Made by a program: the position numbers and the translations under genes. This document shows positions 27,061-34,064 of a stretch of DNA of 52,919 nucleotides, piece by piece. Source of the DNA: Candidatus Eiseniibacteriota bacterium (lineage in GTDB: Bacteria > Eisenbacteria > RBG-16-71-46); the NCBI GenBank assembly GCA_043720995.1, contig JAYSRO010000345.1, forward strand, positions 1-52,919. The letters run 5' to 3'. The notes under the pieces were generated by a model. That model ran no database searches, was not told the origin of the DNA, and was given only the letters and a program-made list of their open reading frames with translations. The first letter of the stretch is position 1. The number at the start of each line of letters is the position of its first letter.

Positions 27061-30000
27061 ATGTCCATGCGCTGCCTTCTGGCCCCCCTCGCCTGCCTGG
27101 TTGCGATTGCCTCCGGATCGGCGCCCGCGTTTGCGGCGCCCTCTCTCCCGTCGCAGTTCGTCGTCGAGAGCGCGACGCCCGGGGCGGCCTTCACCACGCC
27201 CACGGCGATCGCCTTCTTGCCGGGTGGGCGCATGCTCGTGGCCGAGAAGGCGGGAATCGTGTACTCGGTCACCAACGGCGTGAAGCGCACGACACCGCTG
27301 TGGACGCGCACCAATGAAGTGCTCAACGAACACGACCGTGGGCTGCTCGGCCTGGCGGTCGACCCGAATTACGTGACGAACCACTACATCTACCTGCTTT
27401 ACACCGTCGACCCGGATTCCAATGGAGTCGACACGGCTCCGAGCGACGCGTTCTGCAGGCTGGTCCGCTACCGCATCAGCTTCACCGATTCGAACACGGT
27501 GGACTACACGACGCGCACGATCTTGATGGGCGTGAGCCAGCGTTACGGTCCGTTGTCCGCCTCGCCCTCGCACACCATCGGGGCGTTGCGCTTCGGACGC
27601 GACGGCAGCCTGCTCCTGACCTCGGGCGACGGCGCGTCCTACACCCAGACCGACGCGGGCGGGCTCGACAGCGGAGACTTCGGATCGGGCGCGAACAAGA
27701 CCGACCCCTACGAGGACATCGGTGCGTTCCGCGCGCAATCGTTGAGCAGCCTGTGCGGCAAAGTGCTGCGGCTCAATCCGGCGAATGGTGCCGGCTATGC
27801 CAGCAACCCCTACTGGGACGGCAATCCTTATTCGGTCCGCTCGCGCGTCTGGGCGTATGGCATCCGGAACCCGTTCCGTTTCTGCATTCGGCCCGGCACC
27901 GGCGTCGCCGACACGGCGCAGGGCAATCCGGGAACCGTGGTGATCGGCGACGTCGGCTACAACACCTGGGAAGAGATGAACATCGTTCGCATACCGGGCG
28001 CGAATTTCGGTTGGCCCTGTTACGAAGGATTGGGACCGCAGACCAACTACCAGGCCGCCACGCCCGCGCACAACGGCTGCGGCTCGATCGGCACCGCGGA
28101 CAACCCGGCGAGCGTCACGGCACCCATGGCGACGTGGCATCACTCAAACGCAGCGCTCGGCTCGCCCGCCGGCTTCAGCGGCAATTGCTCGATCGGCGGC
28201 GTGTTCTACACGGGCAACCGCTATCCCGCGCAGTACCGCGGCAGCTACTTCTTCGCCGACTACGGGCAGAGTTGGCTCAAGGTCGCCACGCTGGATGGCA
28301 GCGGCCAACTGGTCTCGATCGCCGGATTCGGGTCCGCGATGGATGGCCCAGTCGACTTCACCACGGACCCCTCGACCGGCGATATCTATTACGTGGCGAT
28401 CACAACGGGCGAAGTGCGGCGCCTTCGCTACACCGGCGTCGTGAGCAACCTTCCCCCTGTTGCGGTGGCCGACGGCGCCCCGGCGTTTGGAGTGGCTCCG
28501 CTGAGCGTGACGTTCTCGGGCACCGGATCAGCGGATCCCGATTGGGACCCGCTCACGCTGTCCTGGTTGTTTGGGGACGGCACGGGATCGAGCGCCGCCA
28601 ACCCCTCCCACGTTTACGCGAGCGCGGGCACATACGACTGCGTGTTGACCGCGGATGACGGCCGCGGCGGCATCGACCGCGACACCGTGCGCATCATCGT
28701 CAGCGCCACCTCGGCGTTCCCGACCACCGGAATCCTCGACAACTTCAATCGGGCGAATGGCCCCGTCGGCGGGAGTTGGGTCGGCCAGACCGCCGGTCTG
28801 GTGATCGATGCCAACTCGCTGGCGCAGACGGGTGGCGATGCCTGGCCGGTGTGGAACGGCGGCGTGTTCGGGCCGGACCAGGAAGCCTACGTGACGCTCA
28901 CCCAGACCTCGGCAACGGCGCCGGAACAAAACCTGATGCTCAAGATCCAGGGCACCAACTACACGACCGGCCACGTGGAAGTCTGGTACTCCGCCGCCGC
29001 GTCACGCGTTACGGTGTCGAGTTACCTGCCGGCGACGGGCTGGAAGGTCGAAGGGGCGGTTGAGGGAGTCCTCTTTGCGCCCGGCGACCAACTCGGCGCG
29101 CGCGCATTGTCCAACGGAATCGTGCAGGTGTTCCGCAACGGTGTGCTTCGCGGCAGCGTTTCGGTGGCATCGTGGCCATTTGCCGCTTCGGGCGGTCGCG
29201 TGGGCCTGTCGCTCAGCGGCGCGAGCGCATCCCGGTTCGACAACTTCGGCGGTGGCAGCGCCAGGCTCGGCGAGAACGCCTCGCCGCATGCGACCATCCT
29301 GGCCCCGCGGGCGGACTCTACTTTTGCGACGGGCGACACTCTGTGGCTTCGCGGAGAGGGAAGCGACGCCGAGGATCCCGCCACAGTACTGGCGTATCAC
29401 TGGCAGTTGGATCTGCATCACAACAACCATGTCCACCCCGCTGCATTCGCGTCGGATGCACAAAGTGATTTTGCGATCGGCGAGAACCATGACGATGGCA
29501 CGGGCGTCTATTACGAGATCAAGCTCATCGTCACCGATACGCAAGGAGCCAGGGACACGGCCGCGGTGAATGCGTACCCGGAGATCGACCTGGCGCCGAA
29601 GCCTCCGATCATCGCCCCGGAATTGCCTCTCGAAGGCGCGCCGCTCGGCGTCGTCACCATGCTTCACAATCTCGGGCGCATGCCTTCGCCGCTCGTGCAC
29701 TGGCAACTGCTGGTCGATGGTGGGCTTGCCGCGGAGGGCGACACGCTGCTTGCGGGGTTGGACAGCGTGATGATCGCGCGCACGCTTTCTCCCGGCTACC
29801 TCGTGGGGAGCCACACCATGCAGTTCGTCGCGGACGCTCCTGGCGCCATCCACGAACCCAACGAGGCCAACAACGCCACGACCACCCCGTTTTCCGTGAT
29901 CGGCTCGCCCACGGGCGTTGATGCCGTGACGGGCGCCCTGTCGCTCGCCAACGCGCGTCCCAACCCGACCACGGGCGCCGCGTCGTTGCGGCTCACGCTG

Positions 30001-30213
30001 CCCAATGCGGCGCGCATCGACTTCGTGGTATTCGATCTGTCCGGCCGCGAAGTGTGGAGCGCCCCATCACGCCGCCTGGATGCGGGCGTTCACGAGTTAC
30101 GCTGGCCGGGGACGAGCGACCGGTCGCGGCGCGGGTTGTCCCCGGGGCTTTACCTGGCGCGCGTGCGTGTTGGGAGTGCTGAGTTCACTCGAAGGATCGT
30201 GCTGACGCGCTAG
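27061..30213 (+). CDS. Secreted multidomain protein: PQQ-dependent glucose/sorbosone-dehydrogenase-like beta-propeller + PKD + jelly-roll-like + Ig-like + CARDB + Por-tail/FlgD-Ig-like C-terminal domain
   Basis: Signal MSMRCLLAPLACLVAIASGSAPAFA. GSDH motifs PTAIAFLPGGRMLVAEKAG, DRGLLGLAVDPNY, HTIGALRFGRDGSLLLTSGDG, YGIRNPFRF and ANFGWPCYEG. PKD module (PLSVTFSGTGSADPD...GTYDCVLTADDGRGG). CARDB-like end (HEPNEANN). The C-terminus is LSPGLYLARVRVGSAEFTRRIVLTR. The start may be ATG 27061 or 27067; the track start 27001 lacks an RBS. Confidence 0.85.
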   Translation: MSMRCLLAPLACLVAIASGSAPAFAAPSLPSQFVVESATPGAAFTTPTAIAFLPGGRMLVAEKAGIVYSVTNGVKRTTPLWTRTNEVLNEHDRGLLGLAVDPNYVTNHYIYLLYTVDPDSNGVDTAPSDAFCRLVRYRISFTDSNTVDYTTRTILMGVSQRYGPLSASPSHTIGALRFGRDGSLLLTSGDGASYTQTDAGGLDSGDFGSGANKTDPYEDIGAFRAQSLSSLCGKVLRLNPANGAGYASNPYWDGNPYSVRSRVWAYGIRNPFRFCIRPGTGVADTAQGNPGTVVIGDVGYNTWEEMNIVRIPGANFGWPCYEGLGPQTNYQAATPAHNGCGSIGTADNPASVTAPMATWHHSNAALGSPAGFSGNCSIGGVFYTGNRYPAQYRGSYFFADYGQSWLKVATLDGSGQLVSIAGFGSAMDGPVDFTTDPSTGDIYYVAITTGEVRRLRYTGVVSNLPPVAVADGAPAFGVAPLSVTFSGTGSADPDWDPLTLSWLFGDGTGSSAANPSHVYASAGTYDCVLTADDGRGGIDRDTVRIIVSATSAFPTTGILDNFNRANGPVGGSWVGQTAGLVIDANSLAQTGGDAWPVWNGGVFGPDQEAYVTLTQTSATAPEQNLMLKIQGTNYTTGHVEVWYSAAASRVTVSSYLPATGWKVEGAVEGVLFAPGDQLGARALSNGIVQVFRNGVLRGSVSVASWPFAASGGRVGLSLSGASASRFDNFGGGSARLGENASPHATILAPRADSTFATGDTLWLRGEGSDAEDPATVLAYHWQLDLHHNNHVHPAAFASDAQSDFAIGENHDDGTGVYYEIKLIVTDTQGARDTAAVNAYPEIDLAPKPPIIAPELPLEGAPLGVVTMLHNLGRMPSPLVHWQLLVDGGLAAEGDTLLAGLDSVMIARTLSPGYLVGSHTMQFVADAPGAIHEPNEANNATTTPFSVIGSPTGVDAVTGALSLANARPNPTTGAASLRLTLPNAARIDFVVFDLSGREVWSAPSRRLDAGVHELRWPGTSDRSRRGLSPGLYLARVRVGSAEFTRRIVLTR

Positions 30214-30608
30214 CCGAGGGCTGATTCCATCCTCAGCAAGTCCGCGGCAGTTGTTCCCCTCTCAGCAGGTCAACCACGCGCAATCCGCCGATCACCCTGC
30301 GCAGCACCACGGGGCCGGGGTGGATCGCGGCATGGTGTACGCGCTCGCGTACATCCGTGGCGGCAGCGCCGGCGGGCGCGGCGTTCGCAGCCCGCTCGAC
30401 GGAGTGGCATGGACGATGGCCGTGCTACCGTGGGCGGGCTATCTGGATAGACTGCGGGGGCTGGCCCCCTAGAAGGCGTTGCGGCGCATGGCGCGCTGAA
30501 TTGCGCGAGTGCGACGGTCGGTGTGCTACCGAGGCGGCGGCCGACGGTGTATCTGATTGCGTTGAACTGTCGACTTTGAGTTGGCCGGGCTTCCAGATAC
30601 GAGGAGGT

Positions 30609-31691
30609 ATGATGCGACGTGAGGCGTGGGCAAGCATGGCTCTCTCGCTGCTGCTCTCGTTTGCGGCTCCCTGCGCGGCGCGGACGGCGTGGAAACCATC
30701 GCCGGGCCATACGCAAGTGCGGATATGGCCGAGTGCCGTCCCTGATGCGCAGCCGGTCGACAAGCCCGAGGTATCTGGGACGGTCGTGGACGCCGCGGGC
30801 AAGCCACGGCTCGTGGCCGGCAGTCCGTGGGTCTACGTCGACCGAGTCGCGCAACCGACGATGACCATCTATTCACCAAAGGGAAACAGCACGGGCGTTG
30901 CGGTGGTCGTGTTTCCTGGCGGAGGCTACAACGTTCTGGCGATCGACCTCGAAGGCACGGAAGTCTGTGACTGGCTGACGTCCAGGGGAATCACGTGCGT
31001 GCTGCTGAAGTATCGAGTGCCCTGTGTGAAGACGGGGCTATATCGCGATTGCCTAACGGCGTTGCAGGATGCGCAGAGGACGGTGGGGCTAGGAGCCTGT
31101 CCGAGTATTCGGCGGGGCGAGAAACCGACTTCCAAGGATGCCCTAGGAACGACGATCTCGAACCGCTGCGAGTAATTTGATGGCAGGAATGGGCGACTTT
31201 CGGAATACTCGGACAGGCTCCTAGTGCGCTTTCACGCCGCGAAGTGGCAGATCGATCCGCACAAGATCGGAGTGCTCGGCATGTCGGCGGGCGGGCACAT
31301 AGTCGCCGCCATGAGCACGCGTTTCAATCATCGTGTGTACCCGACCGTGGACGCGGCCGACAAGGAGAGCTGCCGGCCGGATTTCGCCATCGCCCTCTAT
31401 CCGGGCCATCTGGCGGTCCCGGCAAGTAACTTCGCGTTGAACCCCGATATTCGGGTCACAAGCCTGACGCCGCCGACGTTCCTGCTGCATGCGGAAGACG
31501 ATCCGGTAGATCCCGTGGAGAACTCGCTGGTCTACTATGCCGCGCTCAGGAAGGCTGGAGTTCCCGCGGAGATGCACGTGTACGTGAAAGGCGGGCACGC
31601 ATTTGGGCTGCGCCCCACGGAATCTCCCATCACGCGATGGCCTGCGCTTGTGGAGACTTGGCTTGGGACCATCGGGATTCTCACGAGGTAG
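30609..31691 (+). pseudogene. Alpha/beta-hydrolase (acetyl-esterase/lipase, Aes/BD-FAE-like) gene interrupted by a MITE-like insertion
   Basis: GAGGAGG precedes ATG 30609/30612. Signal MMRREAWASMALSLLLSFAAPCAA. VVVFPGGGY (oxyanion region) lies in ORF 30357..31175. GMSAGGH (GxSxG), HAEDDPV and GGHAF lie in ORF 31224..31691. Both ORFs share one frame and are separated by a 132-bp insert carrying an in-frame TAA (31173..31175). Confidence 0.8.
31093..31220. mobile_element. MITE-like non-autonomous element, 128 bp, with perfect 18-bp terminal inverted repeats and flanking CTAG (putative 4-bp target-site duplication)
   Basis: IRL gagcctgtccgagtattc (31093..31110) is the exact reverse complement of IRR gaatactcggacaggctc (31203..31220). 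CTAG sits at 31089..31092 and at 31221..31224. The element contains no ORF. Deleting 31093..31224 gives ...LQDAQRTVGLVRFHAAKWQIDPHKIGVLGMSAGGH... in frame. Confidence 0.82.
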
Positions 31692-32066
31692 CTCATAGCA
31701 CGCCGTCGAACAACCGGTTGCAGCGGACGTCGCTGCGCGGCCCGCCGCTGAACCGGGGCGTTAGGTGCCCCGGAGGGACGAGGGATGTCCAAGCGAAACG
31801 CTGATCCATCTACTGAGAGTACGGAAAATGGGTCGGGTGCGAGACGGGTGGGGCCTATCAAGCGTAATCGCCCCTTCGTGCTTGCGAATACCGTGGCGGT
31901 TCTGAGCTGAGAATGAAACGCTCGCCTAACGGCTCGGGTCTCGCAACAGGATCCTATGCGGACATCTCGCTATTTCATGATCGACAATCCGAATTGCGAT
32001 AACATGACTCATACTCCGGATCATGTTTAGCAAGACCGAACCGGCGCGCCAAGATCCTGAGAACAA

Positions 32067-32106
32067 CGAACGGGGCGCTCGATATCGCCATCGAGCGCCC
32101 CGTTCG
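32067..32106 (-). terminator. Candidate terminator hairpin downstream of the BoxB-like gene
   Basis: 17-bp stem cgaacggggcgctcgat / atcgagcgccccgttcg with the 6-nt loop atcgcc, 18 nt after the stop at 32124. On the minus strand it is followed by ttgttctc, which is only moderately U-rich. Confidence 0.5.
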
Positions 32107-32123
32107 CTTGATCCCCGCCGGAC

Positions 32124-33467
32124 TCAGTTCCTCAGCACCGCCACGGTATCGGTGCTGCCGTCGGCGTCTTCCATCACCCAGCGCACGCCCTTTGAACACG
32201 GGCAGGTACCGCCGACGCGCTTGAGCTTGGGGCTGCGCTTCACGGCTTCTTCGCGCGTCATCTCGCCCGCGGCCACCTTGGTGATCGCCTCGGCGTAATT
32301 GCGCATGTCGCGGCTGGCGACGTAGCCATCGTTCAAGCGCTTGGCGAGGTAGCGCAGGTATTCCTGCGGATCGGTGAAGACCTCTCCCTCGATGCCGACC
32401 ATCTCGAACGCGTGGACGCCCTTGCGGCGGAAGAACCGTTTGTCGGGCACACGCAGCAGCTCGTCGTGCGTGACGCCGCGGAAGCTGCCGCGCGACTGCT
32501 CGAGGGCAGCGAGCGCCTGTTCGGCCTGCTCGGCGTTCATCTCGGGGAAGCGCGCGCGAATGAATCGCGAATTGATATCGCGCACCATCTTGCGCAGCTC
32601 CTCGAAGTACATGTCGAGCGCGTCGATGTTCTTCATGTCCTTGAAACCGAACTTCACGTTGGTATCGCCGCCGCGTTCGTCGCCGAACATCTCGAGCCCG
32701 CGCGGCACCCATTTATTAAGCGAGTGCTGGATCATCTCCATCGACATCATCGGATCGCCCTGCGCCGCCTTCTGCGCCCAGCGGCGCATCGGCACGACGC
32801 CCGCGGCGAGATGGAAGGCCTCTTCGCGCAGCATCGGCGGCATCGAGTCGGCCATTGGCCGGTAGGCGCAGATCTTCTGCATCGTCAGCTGGTACTTGCC
32901 CACGCGGTCGATGACGGCGGCGAAGGTGATGTTGTCGATGAACGAGTCGTAGTCGAGGTTGAAGGCATCGAGCACATGGCTGCCGGTCTGCATCGACAGG
33001 ATCTCTTCGACCATCTGCTCGCCCGTCACACCGCCCGAAACGTGTGTCCAGTCCTCGGACAGCAAAAGGTGCAGCATCTGGTAACCGTGGCGAAGTTCTT
33101 CCGCCATCACGCGCAGCACCCAGTAGCGGTCCTGGTCGTCCGGGGCGCGCTCGAGTGTACCGGCGTGCTGCTGGATCGAGCCGAATTCCGTCGAGGCCTG
33201 CGCCTTGATGATGCCGAGCAGGTGCTTGGCCTGCTCTTCGGTCAGCTCATCCGGCTTGACGCGCTTTTTCTCGCCCTTGAAGTCACCGACCTGCACCGTG
33301 TCCGAAGTGCCGAGCTCCAGCTTAGCGCACAGGCAGAACTCTTCGTCGGTGGGAAAGTACTTCTGCCAGTTCTCGAGCAGCGTCGGGTAGTCCTTGAAAT
33401 TGTGACGCTGCCAGTGTTCGACGGCAGAATGGTATTTCTTCTCGAGTGTGACGTTCTCAACCTTCAT
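32124..33467 (-). CDS. BoxB/PaaA-family ferritin-like diiron oxygenase (orphan, benzoyl-CoA oxygenase component B-like)
   Basis: 447 aa. STEFGSIQQH ... AEELRHGYQMLHLL (ExxH) ... IDRVGKYQL ... LREEAFHLAAG (ExxH) parallels the Azoarcus BoxB ligand helices (TEPASVEQQRH / EEGRHLW / DRDGKFQL / TEEAHHLFVG) as I recall them. The composition is Lys/Glu/Phe/Tyr/Met-rich, unlike neighbouring genes. Confidence 0.85.
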   Translation of the reverse strand: MKVENVTLEKKYHSAVEHWQRHNFKDYPTLLENWQKYFPTDEEFCLCAKLELGTSDTVQVGDFKGEKKRVKPDELTEEQAKHLLGIIKAQASTEFGSIQQHAGTLERAPDDQDRYWVLRVMAEELRHGYQMLHLLLSEDWTHVSGGVTGEQMVEEILSMQTGSHVLDAFNLDYDSFIDNITFAAVIDRVGKYQLTMQKICAYRPMADSMPPMLREEAFHLAAGVVPMRRWAQKAAQGDPMMSMEMIQHSLNKWVPRGLEMFGDERGGDTNVKFGFKDMKNIDALDMYFEELRKMVRDINSRFIRARFPEMNAEQAEQALAALEQSRGSFRGVTHDELLRVPDKRFFRRKGVHAFEMVGIEGEVFTDPQEYLRYLAKRLNDGYVASRDMRNYAEAITKVAAGEMTREEAVKRSPKLKRVGGTCPCSKGVRWVMEDADGSTDTVAVLRN

Positions 33468-33482
33468 CGAATCGTGCCTCGG

Positions 33483-33935
33483 CTAAGTGAGCGTGATCTC
33501 GAGCGCCTGCAGCGCCGAGGGCGCGAATCCAAGCGCCTTCAAGAATCCAACGACACCGGTTTCCCTGCCATCCGCGAGTGTCCGCACGGCCGCCGCGCCT
33601 TCGGCGCGGAAGTGCAGCACGATCTCGTTGAACATCTGCTTGCCCAGGTCGCGGCCGCGATAATCGGGATCAATGCCGAACCGTTCGATCCAGCCGCTCG
33701 GCTTGTCGATGCCGAACTCACCGGCACGCACATCGCCGAGCATGAAGCCCACGACCTTGCCATCCACTTCCGCCACACGTGAGGCCTCGGGGTCGCGGCG
33801 GAGGTAGAACGCCACCCGCTGTTCCCAGAAATCCGGCCGGTACTGGCCGCCGATCTTCTCGTCGATCCGCACGATCGCATCGATGTCCAACTCGTCCAGC
33901 GGGCGGATGCGGACTTGATTCTGCACGTCGGGCAT
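33483..33935 (-). CDS. GNAT family N-acetyltransferase
   Basis: ATG 33935 with GAGGAA upstream. The acetyl-CoA motif region is FGIDPDYRGRDLGKQMFNEIV (Q/RxxGxG/A-like). The stop lies 15 nt upstream of the BoxB-like start, which has its own GAGG. Confidence 0.8.
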   Translation of the reverse strand: MPDVQNQVRIRPLDELDIDAIVRIDEKIGGQYRPDFWEQRVAFYLRRDPEASRVAEVDGKVVGFMLGDVRAGEFGIDKPSGWIERFGIDPDYRGRDLGKQMFNEIVLHFRAEGAAAVRTLADGRETGVVGFLKALGFAPSALQALEITLT

Positions 33936-34064
33936 AGGGGTTCCTCGTCGGTGGCCGACAGGTTGGATGTGCCGCAAGATTATCAGGTTCGGGCGCCGGG
34001 CGTGAACCCGCATGCCCCGTCATGGGTGTAACGCCCCGGCCTGAATGTGCCGATAAACTCGTGA

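Noticed and set aside
30357-30608. The upstream 84 codons of track ORF 30357..31175 as part of the esterase
   Set aside because: A strong GAGGAGG RBS and a signal peptide begin at ATG 30609/30612. The upstream translation (Arg/Cys/Trp/Gly-rich) looks non-coding.
32412-33782. 456-aa plus-strand ORF
   Set aside because: It is antisense to the BoxB-like and GNAT genes. The minus-strand products have clear catalytic motifs and RBSs, while the plus-strand product is a low-complexity Arg/His/Leu/Val string.
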